64,000 bases of DNA from Coriobacteriia bacterium (GTDB taxonomy: Bacteria; Actinomycetota; Coriobacteriia; WRKU01). A program made the position numbers and the translations under genes. The stretch spans positions 7,249 through 71,248 of the forward strand of contig WRKU01000006.1 in the NCBI GenBank assembly GCA_009777935.1. The letters run 5' to 3'. Below the pieces are notes generated by a model. That model was not told the DNA's origin, searched no databases, and saw only the letters and a program-made list of their open reading frames with translations. This document shows, piece after piece, positions 54,561 through 64,000 of this stretch. Positions within the stretch are counted from its first letter, which is position 1; the number at the start of each line of letters is the position of its first letter.

Positions 54561-57446
54561 TTAGTCACCGCATGTCGAATTGGCCTCGCACAACATCTCA
54601 CCTATCTCCGCACACGTTGCAACCACCGGCTCGACGGGCAAAGCGCTCTGGACAACGTCGGCGTAGCGGGCATTGGCGGCTCGTGAATCGGCGATAACGA
54701 CAAAACCGCGATCCGATCTGCTACGAATAAGACGACCGGTCGCCTGCTTGAGTTCGATAAGCATGTCGGGAATCATGTAATGTTCCCACCATTGCGCATC
54801 GATGGTTTTGCGCGCGAGGCTGAGTGGATCGGTCGGCGGCTTGAACGGCAGACGCGGTATGACAACGCAACGTAGTGTATCGCCCACCGCATCGAAGCCC
54901 TCCCAAAACGTCTTCGTCGCCATCAAGCTCGTGTTACATTCGCCAACAAAACGATCACGAATACGTTTTTGCCCTACCCTATCACGTTGGGCGAGCAACG
55001 GGATGTCTTGCTCGGCAAGAGGACCTCTCAGATTAGTATGAAGTTTAGTTAAATCAACACGGCTGGTAAACAACGTAAGTACGCCGCCCTTGGTCGCCAC
55101 ATGAATGTCGTACAAAAACCGTTCGAGCGCCTCATGATAGGCAGGATCTCGTGGCTCCGGCATGTCGCGTGCGATGAAGATGCGCATCTGCTCGTCAAGA
55201 TCGAAGCTTGAAGCAAGCTGAATCGTCTTCATCTGCATCGGCTCGACATCCTCAAATTTTTCGAGACCGGTTGCATGCAAAAACGGAGCAAAGTCGTTTC
55301 CGGCAGCAAGAGTCGCACTCGTAAAGATTGTTGAGTTCGTGCTCTCAAGGAGATTTTCAGCAATCAACGAACCGACCTCGATATGTGCGACGGTTAACTG
55401 AACGTGAATAGGGCGGGCCGGGTCACGCGGATGCATGACAGACGCGTAGCGGAACCGATTCGCTTCGCTGGGAGCGAGAATCTCCTCAATGCCAACAGCG
55501 AACTCTTGCCATATCATCAACGAACGAATGAAGTCTCCGACGGCTGCCGGTAGCTCGGTGTTGCTTTCCTCAAAAGCAGCAACTACACTCTGGCCCCGCA
55601 CCGCCGCCGCCGTGATAGTCTTGAGCAAGCGTGATGCGGCTTCTTCGACACGCTGCCATGGGGCATTGGCGCGCGCGGGTTCGGCAATAAAGATCTCGCT
55701 TGAGGAGAAGCCGGGGCGATCAGAGGCAGCAAGCGCAGCGGTAGCGTTGATAAGTTCGGGAAGCAGTGTCTCAGCATCGGCAACCTCGGTTTCAAAGGCG
55801 GCGATAAGGTCGATGGCAGGGCTGTCGGCAGTGGAATCCTTTGGTAAACCGGTGGCGGCACGCTTAAGCTGAGCAATGAGACCTGCGTGCTCACGACGGT
55901 AGTTACGAATCTGGGTCGCTAACTCGCGCGAATCTATGCCAGCCGAAAGCTGACGACGCGCTTCGGACTCAATGCCATGCGCCTCATCGAGCACGAGATA
56001 GCGCACCGGCGGCAAAAGCGTAGCCTGAGAAGCGGCATCACGACACACAAGAGCGTGATTCGTAACAACGATGTGCGATGAACGTGCTCGTATACGAGCG
56101 CCGTGCAGATAGCAAAAGTTCGGATAGAAACGACATTTTTGTTTGGCACAATCGAGCGGACGGGCAACAAGTTCGCGGTGTGCGTCGACACGCCAATAGA
56201 AGTTCAGCATTGATAGATCGCCCCAAGTATTGCGCGCGACCCATGCGAGTGCAAAGCAAATTTCATACGGCGCAAGCGAAGAAACCATTGATTTGTCACC
56301 AAGCTGAGCATCAAGCCGACGCAGGCAGATATAGTGCTCGTAGCCCTTGAGTGCCGTATAGCGCAAACTCCCACCCAGCGCTTCATTGAGTAGCGGAAGT
56401 TCACGATGAATAAGTTGATCAGACAGGGCATTCGTTTTGGTGGCAATACCAACGGTGATGTTATTCTGCTGGGCCGCAAGCGCTGCCGGTACGAGATAGG
56501 CGAGTGATTTACCCACACCGGTACCGGCTTCAATAGCGAGATGATACGACGCCGTAAAGGCGTCATTGACCTCGACGGCCATATCGGCCTGCTCTTGACG
56601 TGCTTCAGACTTCGGATACATCTTGCCTACCAGCTCATCGGGAGAAAATGACGACGCAACGGTGGTAAACTCGGGGAAGGTCAAGGTCGGATGTTCGTAA
56701 GCATCCTCAAAATCGTGCTGCTTGTCCTCTTTAACACAACGCGCCCGAACGGTGCGAAGATTGAACGCCGAAGGTTTATCGACACCCGCGAGCCCGTTCT
56801 GATACGTGCTGATAAGCTGCAGCCACATGGCAGCCGGCCACTTTGTCGGCTCGGCGACGGTAGCCATTGCGGACAGCACATCGAGCGGATACGTCGAGAT
56901 TTCAGCAAGCATCATGCGCCAGAGAAGCGCAAGCGCCTCGACATCGGCCGATGCACGATGCAGATTGTCAACGAAGTCGGGCAGATACTCGGCAACAAGT
57001 GCGTCGAGACGATGGGCGAGCAGATGTGGCCACGCGATGCGAGCAAGCTCGACGGTATCGATCCAAGGACCGGGCAGCTCGCCACATGCCGCTTCAACGA
57101 AGCCGCGATCAAACGCGGCATTGTGCGCAACGAGGGGGGTATCTTTGATGAAATCACGAATTTGAGGAGCAACGTTCTCGATGGTAGGTGCATCGACGAG
57201 ATCGGCATCGGTAATCGTTGTGATCTCAGTGATGCGCTTATGGAGAGGGCGCTCGGGGTTTACGAGGGTAGTGAAGCGATCGATGATATCCGGACCTTCC
57301 ATACGGGCGATGGCAATTTCGATAATAGCATCGCGCTCAGACGAAAGGCCAGTCGTCTCGACATCGAGAATGCAGACCTGTGGCTCAAACCCAAAACGGA
57401 TATCGCTCGCATCAACCGCAGGCGATATGTCGGCAACGTTACCCAT
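54561..57446 (-). CDS. dinG: DnaQ-exonuclease/DinG-family helicase fusion
   Basis: DVETTG, HNAAFD, HRA..D exonuclease; EAGTGVGKS, DEAH, TSATL, WEGFD, KQATGRLIR helicase motifs. Confidence 0.92.
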   Translation of the reverse strand: MGNVADISPAVDASDIRFGFEPQVCILDVETTGLSSERDAIIEIAIARMEGPDIIDRFTTLVNPERPLHKRITEITTITDADLVDAPTIENVAPQIRDFIKDTPLVAHNAAFDRGFVEAACGELPGPWIDTVELARIAWPHLLAHRLDALVAEYLPDFVDNLHRASADVEALALLWRMMLAEISTYPLDVLSAMATVAEPTKWPAAMWLQLISTYQNGLAGVDKPSAFNLRTVRARCVKEDKQHDFEDAYEHPTLTFPEFTTVASSFSPDELVGKMYPKSEARQEQADMAVEVNDAFTASYHLAIEAGTGVGKSLAYLVPAALAAQQNNITVGIATKTNALSDQLIHRELPLLNEALGGSLRYTALKGYEHYICLRRLDAQLGDKSMVSSLAPYEICFALAWVARNTWGDLSMLNFYWRVDAHRELVARPLDCAKQKCRFYPNFCYLHGARIRARSSHIVVTNHALVCRDAASQATLLPPVRYLVLDEAHGIESEARRQLSAGIDSRELATQIRNYRREHAGLIAQLKRAATGLPKDSTADSPAIDLIAAFETEVADAETLLPELINATAALAASDRPGFSSSEIFIAEPARANAPWQRVEEAASRLLKTITAAAVRGQSVVAAFEESNTELPAAVGDFIRSLMIWQEFAVGIEEILAPSEANRFRYASVMHPRDPARPIHVQLTVAHIEVGSLIAENLLESTNSTIFTSATLAAGNDFAPFLHATGLEKFEDVEPMQMKTIQLASSFDLDEQMRIFIARDMPEPRDPAYHEALERFLYDIHVATKGGVLTLFTSRVDLTKLHTNLRGPLAEQDIPLLAQRDRVGQKRIRDRFVGECNTSLMATKTFWEGFDAVGDTLRCVVIPRLPFKPPTDPLSLARKTIDAQWWEHYMIPDMLIELKQATGRLIRSRSDRGFVVIADSRAANARYADVVQSALPVEPVVATCAEIGEMLCEANSTCGD

Positions 57447-57503
57447 AACGCTAGCATAACAGGGATGGGTACCCGCATGCCATGCCTCTGATATAATGCG
57501 GTC

Positions 57504-58724
57504 ATGGCAACTACTCGAGGGCACAGGTTTCATAGACGTAATCCCAATGCGGCGAAAGATCGTGCGCGACGACGGTTTGTGCGTCCGGCGGTGTCGAAGA
57601 AGACCGCACGCAGATCGTGGCGCAGGTCGTGGAGTCGAAAACGTAAAATTGTGTTGGCGGCCAGCATCGTCGGGGTGTTGGTGTTACTCGGTGCGCTCGT
57701 GCTCGGCGGCGTGTATCACGTGCGCCAAACCGATGCGCGTAATACCGGGCTGGTCCCGGCAGGCATCTCGCTTGAAGGGCGCAACCTTGAGGGTAAAACA
57801 CGCGATGAGGTCGAGCAGGTGGTGGCCGATGTCGTAGCCGAACGAACAGAGCATACCTTCTTTGTTTCGCTCGACGCAACCGATGCACCTGAGGCGATTG
57901 CCGTAACGGCTGCCGATTACGTGACAACCGATACCGCAACGCTCGTCGAACATATCATGGATGTGCGTAAAAGTATGACGTGGCCCGAGCGCATCAAGCA
58001 CGATTTTTTTAACGAACCTATCGTGAAGTCATTCGAGACAACTTATGCGCTAGATACAGCGGCGCTTGAAACGTTGGCAGCGATTATCGTGGAGACGTTT
58101 ACCGCTGCACCAACCGATGCTACGCTCTCTTTCGAGGGTTACACGCCATTCATTACCGATGAGCAGCCCGGACGTGCCGTCGATATTGAGCCAACGATGA
58201 CTGCGGTTATTACCGCTATTGAACAGGCAATTTCTGGGATTGCTATGACAGACAATACGGTACCGGTCGTCGTACATACCATTGAACCTGTTGTTACGCG
58301 TGCAAGCCTGATGGAGCCGGTACTCACCGCCTCGATTGGCCAGCGACGTGTCATGCTCTGGAATGGTGATGAGCTCGTTAAAACCTATACATGCGCGGTC
58401 GGCCGACCGGCTTACCCCACGATTCCCGGCGAGTATTATATCGGCTTGAAGGAGATTAACCCTTCGTGGACCAATCCCGATCCCGACGGTTGGGGAAGTG
58501 GCTCCCCGGCCTTTGTCCCCGGGCCGAACGATTACCTAGGTGTACGGGGACTGCATATCTTCACGCTCGGCGGCCGTAACACGATGATGCTGTTTCACGG
58601 CGCGCTTGCCGGCGGTGCGGCGGGCACGGCAACGACACACGGATGTTTGCGTATGTTTAACCACGATGTTATCGATCTGTTCGACCGCGTGCCGGTCGGC
58701 ACCCCTGTGAGACTTGTTCCTTAG
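57504..58724 (+). CDS. L,D-transpeptidase with peptidoglycan-binding (PG_binding_4-like) region
   Basis: N-terminal TM; YkuD motif FHG...THGCLRM, VPVGTPV. Confidence 0.9.
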   Translation: MATTRGHRFHRRNPNAAKDRARRRFVRPAVSKKTARRSWRRSWSRKRKIVLAASIVGVLVLLGALVLGGVYHVRQTDARNTGLVPAGISLEGRNLEGKTRDEVEQVVADVVAERTEHTFFVSLDATDAPEAIAVTAADYVTTDTATLVEHIMDVRKSMTWPERIKHDFFNEPIVKSFETTYALDTAALETLAAIIVETFTAAPTDATLSFEGYTPFITDEQPGRAVDIEPTMTAVITAIEQAISGIAMTDNTVPVVVHTIEPVVTRASLMEPVLTASIGQRRVMLWNGDELVKTYTCAVGRPAYPTIPGEYYIGLKEINPSWTNPDPDGWGSGSPAFVPGPNDYLGVRGLHIFTLGGRNTMMLFHGALAGGAAGTATTHGCLRMFNHDVIDLFDRVPVGTPVRLVP

Positions 58725-58761
58725 GTTCTGCCTCGTTTTCTGCTATCATTATTGCCTGTGT

Positions 58762-58856
58762 GGATGGGTGGCAGAGTTCGGTTGATTGCGCTGGTCTCGA
58801 AAACCAGTCTACCGGCATCCCCGGTAGCGAGGGTTCGAATCCCTCCCCATCCTCCA
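58762..58856 (+). tRNA. tRNA-Ser(CGA)
   Basis: GGATGGG/CCCATCC acceptor, CTGGT-CTCGAAA-ACCAG, long variable arm, T73-CCA. Confidence 0.96.
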
Positions 58857-58923
58857 GCAGTATTGGGAGGATTTACGGTGATTCGAGCCCGTGAGGGCGC
58901 GACATCCTCCACACGAAATGCGC

Positions 58924-59017
58924 GGAGAGCTGACCGAGTTGGCTGAAGGTGCTCGCCTGCTAAGCGAGTGTGCGGCTTAGAACCGTACCCGGGGTTCGAA
59001 TCCCCGGCTCTCCGCCA
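58924..59017 (+). tRNA. tRNA-Ser(GCT)
   Basis: GGAGAGC acceptor, CTCGC-CTGCTAA-GCGAG, long variable arm, GCCA end. Confidence 0.97.
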
Positions 59018-59159
59018 CAATTAAATCCTATAAGCGCACCAAAACCTTATTAGTGAGGTTATAGGATTTAGACTCACTTCACTGGCCAAAGCTATCATCC
59101 AATAAGTGCCAAAGTTCATAGTAGATATATGGCAAAGTTCATAGTCTTGTGGTATCTTA

Positions 59160-60443
59160 TTGATGGTGATGCAAATGAACAATGATTACTTGAAACGTAT
59201 CTCTGACGAAAAACTAGCCCTTCTTCTCCGTGCAAAGGGAGCAGTCCTGATTGAAGGTCCAAAATGGTGTGGAAAAACACGTTCTGCTGAAGAGTTGGCG
59301 GAGAGCGTCTTGTATATGCAAGACCCCGACACATCCAAAGAGAACATCCTCACGGCTCAAGTTAAGCCCTCTTTGCTTCTTGAGGGAAAAACTCCTCGTC
59401 TGTTAGATGAGTGGCAAGTGGCTCCTGAACTCTGGAATGCAGTACGATTTGCGGTTGATAAACGCCGAGCAAAGGGGCAGTTCATTTTGACTGGCTCTGT
59501 CGTCCCGACAAAGACTGATGATATGCATACTGGGACAGGACGCATCGCAAGAATGAAAATGAGAACGATGTCTTTGTATGAAACAGGAGACTCAACGGGT
59601 GAGATTTCTTTGGGGGCACTTTTTGACGGTGCAAAAAACATAGAGGGTCAGTCCAACCTCACAATTGATGAAATCGCTTTTGTTCTCAACCGTGGCGGTT
59701 GGCCAGAGGCAGCAAAAGAGTCTGATGAGAAAGTAGCATTGACCGTTGCAGCTGACTATCTTGAAGCAGTAATAAACGAAGACATTTCCAACGTTGATGA
59801 CGTCGAAAAGAACCCCGACCGAGTAAGAGCACTTATACGGTCAATATCTAGAAATATCTCCAGCGAAGCGCGAGCGACCACGATATTGAACGACATGATT
59901 GCCAACGATGAAGCTCTATCTCGTGCAACCGTTGATCAATATATAGATGCTTTGAAGAAGCTCTTTGTGATAGAAGATTTACCCGCGTGGAGTGCCAAGC
60001 TTCGGTCAAGAACTGCAATCCGCACAACCGCCAAGAGACACTTTGTTGATCCATCTATTGCTGCTGCGGCACTTAGGGCAACACCAAAGCGTCTACTTTC
60101 TGACCTAAAAACATTCGGTTTTCTATTTGAATCGCTTTGCATCAGAGATTTAAGAGTTTATGCGGAAAGCATCGATGGTAGTGTATTCCATTACCGTGAT
60201 AAAAGCGGCCTAGAAGTTGATGCGATTATTCAGCTTGCAGACGGTCGCTGGGGAGCTGTGGAAGTGAAATTAGGTGCCGGAGAAATCGAGGATGCCGCTG
60301 CAAACTTGCTTAAGCTCCAGCAGATAGTCAATACAGAAAAAATGAATAAACCTTCATTTTTGATGGTGCTCACAGGCACAAAATATGCCTTCCAAATGAA
60401 AAACAGTGTATGGGTAGTTCCGCTCGCCTGCTTAAAAAACTAA
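59160..60443 (+). CDS. AAA_14 ATPase with DUF4143 domain
   Basis: GPKWCGKT, LLDEWQ, ILTGS, KRHFVDPS, EVDAI..AVEVKLG. Confidence 0.92.
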   Translation: MMVMQMNNDYLKRISDEKLALLLRAKGAVLIEGPKWCGKTRSAEELAESVLYMQDPDTSKENILTAQVKPSLLLEGKTPRLLDEWQVAPELWNAVRFAVDKRRAKGQFILTGSVVPTKTDDMHTGTGRIARMKMRTMSLYETGDSTGEISLGALFDGAKNIEGQSNLTIDEIAFVLNRGGWPEAAKESDEKVALTVAADYLEAVINEDISNVDDVEKNPDRVRALIRSISRNISSEARATTILNDMIANDEALSRATVDQYIDALKKLFVIEDLPAWSAKLRSRTAIRTTAKRHFVDPSIAAAALRATPKRLLSDLKTFGFLFESLCIRDLRVYAESIDGSVFHYRDKSGLEVDAIIQLADGRWGAVEVKLGAGEIEDAAANLLKLQQIVNTEKMNKPSFLMVLTGTKYAFQMKNSVWVVPLACLKN

Positions 60444-60459
60444 CCAAGGACGAATAACA

Positions 60460-61320
60460 GTGAACACTAAAATTTACTTGAAAAAATTCGCCTCAATATG
60501 CAAAAGAGGAACATACGCTGATTTTAACAAGCTCTGCAGACAAAAGGGCAGCTTTATTCCTGCAAAACTATACAAATATTCAACTCTCAATCCGTGGGTT
60601 ATTAAAAATCTTCAACGCAAACAGATATACCTTAGTAGTCCCGAGGACTTTAATGATCCATTCGATACTTTTAACGTGGGTCATGAACTGCAAGAATCGG
60701 CGCTAAAGCGGCTAGAGATAATGACGGGCATTCCACTATCAACACTTCTAGACGATAACCGAAAAGAGCAATTCGGAGAGGTTATCAATGACGGGTACAA
60801 AGAGCATCCAGGTTTTAGGAATGCGACTGGAGTCTGTTGCTTTACAGAAAAATCACCTGACAACATTATCATGTGGAGCCATTATGCTAATCAACATAAA
60901 GGAATTTGTTTAGAATATGATTTTGCAAAGCACAATGATATTATTCGCAGCTTATATCCTGTACTCTATAGAGACAAATACATTATTAGAAAGCTCCCTG
61001 AAAAACCAAAGGAACATATTCTCTACGATAGAGACCAGGTTATGCTTCTCCTAATCCAGGCTCATCTAGTTAAGTCTACAGAATGGGAGCATGAAAAGGA
61101 ATGGCGCTTTCTTAGGCATATTAATGATGGGAATCGTGAAATTAATATTGCGCTTAATCCAACTCACATATATCTCGGGCTCAATATTGATAAGCTACCA
61201 GATGAAGAGCAGTCAATTTTGAGACACCTGAAGCAATTTGCAGAAAAGAATTATATCCCTATAAGTCAAATGAAACGTTCCAAAAATGAGTACAGCCTAT
61301 ACCCCACCAAGTCAGAATAG
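60460..61320 (+). CDS. DUF2971 domain protein
   Basis: LYKY, FNDPFD, MWSHYA..HKGICLEY, K..EW.HE.EWR. Confidence 0.88.
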   Translation: MNTKIYLKKFASICKRGTYADFNKLCRQKGSFIPAKLYKYSTLNPWVIKNLQRKQIYLSSPEDFNDPFDTFNVGHELQESALKRLEIMTGIPLSTLLDDNRKEQFGEVINDGYKEHPGFRNATGVCCFTEKSPDNIIMWSHYANQHKGICLEYDFAKHNDIIRSLYPVLYRDKYIIRKLPEKPKEHILYDRDQVMLLLIQAHLVKSTEWEHEKEWRFLRHINDGNREINIALNPTHIYLGLNIDKLPDEEQSILRHLKQFAEKNYIPISQMKRSKNEYSLYPTKSE

Positions 61321-61361
61321 ACATCCTTTTCGAAATTTTTGAATTTGCACGAAACAATACA

Positions 61362-61450
61362 AACACCATACGGTTGATGCGGGATATGTAATAATGTTTA
61401 CAGTTAATCGTGTTTGTGGGAGCCAGATCCTATAAGCGCACTAATGCCAC
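61362..61450. repeat. 89-bp inter-cassette repeat, copy A
   Basis: 10 mismatches versus 62547-62635. Confidence 0.92.
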
Positions 61451-61481
61451 CTTTCGTACGGTTATAGGATTTGAGCTCACT

Positions 61482-62477
61482 TTACTTGCCTATCCTATAT
61501 TTACGCCCCTTGTTCTCTCCGACTGCTTCCAGCAGTCCCATCTGGCTGAATTTGACAAGATACTTCTTGACGCTGGCAGGCGATTTATTTGTGAGAAGTT
61601 GAGCTCGGTAATTCGTGATCTCACCGTTTCGTTCTAGATAACCAGCGATTTGTTCGAGAAAGTCCAGTTCGCTCTTAGAGAGTTTATCGGTATTTATATC
61701 GGGAAATATATCGGTAACTTTATGAACAGGCAGTTCACTTAGTGCCTGATAGATAGCATCAAGCATGAACTCGATAAATATCCCTGAATCAGCTGAGTTT
61801 CCTGAAGCAGCTAAGACATCATAGTAGCCCTGCTGATTCTCATGGACTACGGTTTCAATTGGAAGCCATGCGAAAAGTTCATTCCATTCAGACAAGATGA
61901 GTGTCTGCCATAGTCGCCCAATACGGCCATTGCCATCCATGAAGGGATGGATGAATTCAATTTCGAAATGAACTATTGAACTCTTGATAAGTGGATGGAG
62001 ATCGGTAGTTTTTGCCCAAGTGAATAAATCAGCAATAAGTTTAGGTACGAACTTCTGGTTAGCACCTGCATGGATGAGAGCGTCACCATCGAAAACTCCT
62101 ACACCTGCACTGCGGAAATATCCGGAAGAATCTATGAGCTGTTCTGTCATGTACTTATGCGCTTGCAAAAAGTCTCTCTTAGAATAAGGATCAAACTCCA
62201 GTAGATGCTCGTAGGCTTCATAAGCATTTTTGATTTCTTGAATTCCTGTTGGTTTTGCAAGAACCCGCTTGCCATTGATAATATCGGTCACTTGGTTAAG
62301 CGTTAAGGTATTGCCTTCAATAGCTGCTGATGACTGAATGGAGCGCAGTCGATTTGCTTTACGCAAGCGCAAATTACGGGCATACTCACCGGAGCCTTGC
62401 AGCTCGCCAACAATTTCGGCAACTTTGGCTACTAAATCCAATGCTTTGGGAGTAACCGTATAGGTTGGGGTTTCCAT
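61482..62477 (-). CDS. Fic family protein with C-terminal winged HTH
   Basis: SAAIEGN, HPFMDGNGRIGR. Confidence 0.95.
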   Translation of the reverse strand: METPTYTVTPKALDLVAKVAEIVGELQGSGEYARNLRLRKANRLRSIQSSAAIEGNTLTLNQVTDIINGKRVLAKPTGIQEIKNAYEAYEHLLEFDPYSKRDFLQAHKYMTEQLIDSSGYFRSAGVGVFDGDALIHAGANQKFVPKLIADLFTWAKTTDLHPLIKSSIVHFEIEFIHPFMDGNGRIGRLWQTLILSEWNELFAWLPIETVVHENQQGYYDVLAASGNSADSGIFIEFMLDAIYQALSELPVHKVTDIFPDINTDKLSKSELDFLEQIAGYLERNGEITNYRAQLLTNKSPASVKKYLVKFSQMGLLEAVGENKGRKYRIGK

Positions 62478-62546
62478 AGTACCCAGTATACAATATATCG
62501 GTACTTATATCGGTATTTTTCATTACTAAACTCCGCTTCAAGCAAC

Positions 62547-62635
62547 AACGCCATGCGGTTGATGTGGGATATGTAATAACATTTACAGCTAATCGTGCTT
62601 GTGGGTTCCAGATCCTATAAGCGCACTGATGCCAC
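62547..62635. repeat. 89-bp inter-cassette repeat, copy B
   Basis: Matches 61362-61450; 62549-62574 is identical to 63366-63391. Confidence 0.92.
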
Positions 62636-62802
62636 AGCCCTGTAAAGACTTACCACTTCAAACTGCCATCATGCTCAAACACACTCATGGTGAGAATGCC
62701 TTCATTATCACGAAACGGCTTCATTACTTCGTACACTAAAGTTGTATATATTGCATTGTACTCCAATTAGGCATACAATAGGAGTATATTAAACAGATTG
62801 GA

Positions 62803-63057
62803 ATGGCTATGAATGCTCCAGCAGCAAAAGCAAGATTAAATGTTAATCTCGACAGTGACCTTAAACAAGAGACCGCTCAAGCGCTCGATGAGCTCGGTCT
62901 AGACTTCACCACTGCTATTACCGTCTATTTCAAGCAGATTGTAGGTAAGAGAAGAATTCCTTTTGAGATATCTGCGCCTCGATACTATTCAATCGAAGAA
63001 GTTGCCGGCCATAATTGGCGTGATGGTCTCAGTGGAATTGATGACGAATGGGAGTAA
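62803..63057 (+). CDS. RelB/DinJ family antitoxin
   Basis: LNVNLDSDLK...LGLDFTTAI...RIPFEI. Confidence 0.9.
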   Translation: MAMNAPAAKARLNVNLDSDLKQETAQALDELGLDFTTAITVYFKQIVGKRRIPFEISAPRYYSIEEVAGHNWRDGLSGIDDEWE

Positions 63058-63350
63058 CATACAAGGTACAGTTTACTGACTTATCACGCAAAGATTTTGA
63101 TAAGCTCGATGGCAGTCAGAAGAAGCAGGTTCTCAAATCGTTGGTCAAAATTGAAGAAGGTGGAATGAATGTTGGCCAATCTTTGCATGGAAAGTTGTGG
63201 GATTGCCGAAAGCTCAAGCACAAAAAACTGGGGCTCCGTGTCATTTTTCGTCAGTCCGATTATGGAATTGAATTGATTGAAATCGTGACCGTCGGTAAAC
63301 GAGAAGATCATGAAGTCTACGACATTGCTGTTGCGAGATTGGGAAGGTAA
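63048..63350 (+). CDS. RelE/ParE family toxin
   Basis: YKVQFT..DFDKLD, RKLKHKKLGLRVIF, VGKRED..VY; overlaps the antitoxin. Confidence 0.85.
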   Translation: MGVTYKVQFTDLSRKDFDKLDGSQKKQVLKSLVKIEEGGMNVGQSLHGKLWDCRKLKHKKLGLRVIFRQSDYGIELIEIVTVGKREDHEVYDIAVARLGR

Positions 63351-63390
63351 ACTTGCTTGAGTAAGCGCCATGCGGTTGATGTGGGATATG

Positions 63391-64000
63391 TTATACCGCT
63401 ATACGCTTTCCTGCAAAAGGAGCTAGTATCGCGGCTACGATGCACAGGCCGGCGGCGACGTAGAAGGCCGGTTGGAAGCTCCCGGTGAGGTCAAACAGGG
63501 CACCTGCAACGAGCGAACCAAAGATGCCGCCGGCCCCATAGGCGGTGAACATCACGCCGTAGTTGGTGCCAAGCGTCGCCGTACCAAAGTGAGTTGCCGT
63601 CAGCGCTGGAAAGATGGCGAGGTTGGCACCGTAGAGCGCACCGATAAACACCGCCAGCACTACCAGTGGCGCAAGTGCGCCGACAAAACCGAGTACACAC
63701 ATCGCTATTGCCTGACCGATAAACGCAATGAGCATCGTCCGTGTTGCTCCAATAGTGTCGAGGAGCGCCCCGGCGATGAGTCGGCCGGCCGCATTACCGA
63801 TAGCGAGCGCCGCTACCAGCAGAAAACCGAGGTTCGCGCCCGGCACCTGCACCGCCGTCACGCTCGCCATTACGCCGATAATCATTAGCCCTGCAAAGGC
63901 CGCACAAGCAAAGGCAACCCACATCTGGTAAAAGCGTACCGTTGATACCATATCTTTTAACGAATGGCCTGTGGTAAGGTTCGCCTGTGTCCCCACCCCC
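63391..64000 (-). CDS. MFS transporter, oxalate/formate antiporter-like (5' end outside window)
   Basis: GNAAGRL..G..LD.IG, FP...A..FG...G.NYG..FTAYG. Confidence 0.88.
   Translation of the reverse strand, partial: GVGTQANLTTGHSLKDMVSTVRFYQMWVAFACAAFAGLMIIGVMASVTAVQVPGANLGFLLVAALAIGNAAGRLIAGALLDTIGATRTMLIAFIGQAIAMCVLGFVGALAPLVVLAVFIGALYGANLAIFPALTATHFGTATLGTNYGVMFTAYGAGGIFGSLVAGALFDLTGSFQPAFYVAAGLCIVAAILAPFAGKRIAV

Larger units (their letters stand above)
59023..63391. mobile_element. Low-GC islet: three tandem cassettes bounded by a conserved repeat, downstream of tRNA-Ser(GCT)
   Basis: Visibly AT-richer than flanks; repeat parts at 59023-59069, 61362-61472, 62547-62635, 63366-63391; no integrase recognised. 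Confidence 0.75.

Noticed and set aside
61362-61472. Canonical integron attC site or the true chromosomal dif
   Set aside because: No clear RYYYAAC/GTTRRRY boxes, and the XerD-like arm is degenerate and multi-copy; kept only as dif-like inference

Overview
High-GC bacterial chromosome segment. Gene content and protein style (gatB insertion, F1 alpha insertion, NfnAB, RACo-type ASKHA protein) point to an anaerobic Actinomycetota, probably Coriobacteriia; this is an inference. It is mostly housekeeping genes on the minus strand: ligA-gatCAB, metH-lpdA, glmU-prs-nfnAB, an F1Fo atp operon lacking atpH, rsmI-metG-tatD, xseAB, a homocitrate synthase/aconitase-like/dehydrogenase cluster and dinG. 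It also holds all four tRNA-Ser isoacceptors and tRNA-Val(GAC). Several lower-GC accessory cassettes sit between long direct repeats, and I recognised no integrase or transposase. Most notable observations: (1) an orphan 463-bp element resembling the non-coding core of a diversity-generating retroelement (template repeat plus structured spacer), whose template already looks adenine-mutagenised, inserted inside a duplicated tatD/hlyIII junction; (2) a tandem array of three cassettes after tRNA-Ser(GCT), separated by a conserved 89-bp repeat with a dif-like core; (3) a small repeat family inserted in frame in lpdA and nfnB; (4) a DnaA-lid/DUF362 Fe-S fusion protein; (5) an ATP synthase without delta and with an extended alpha subunit.
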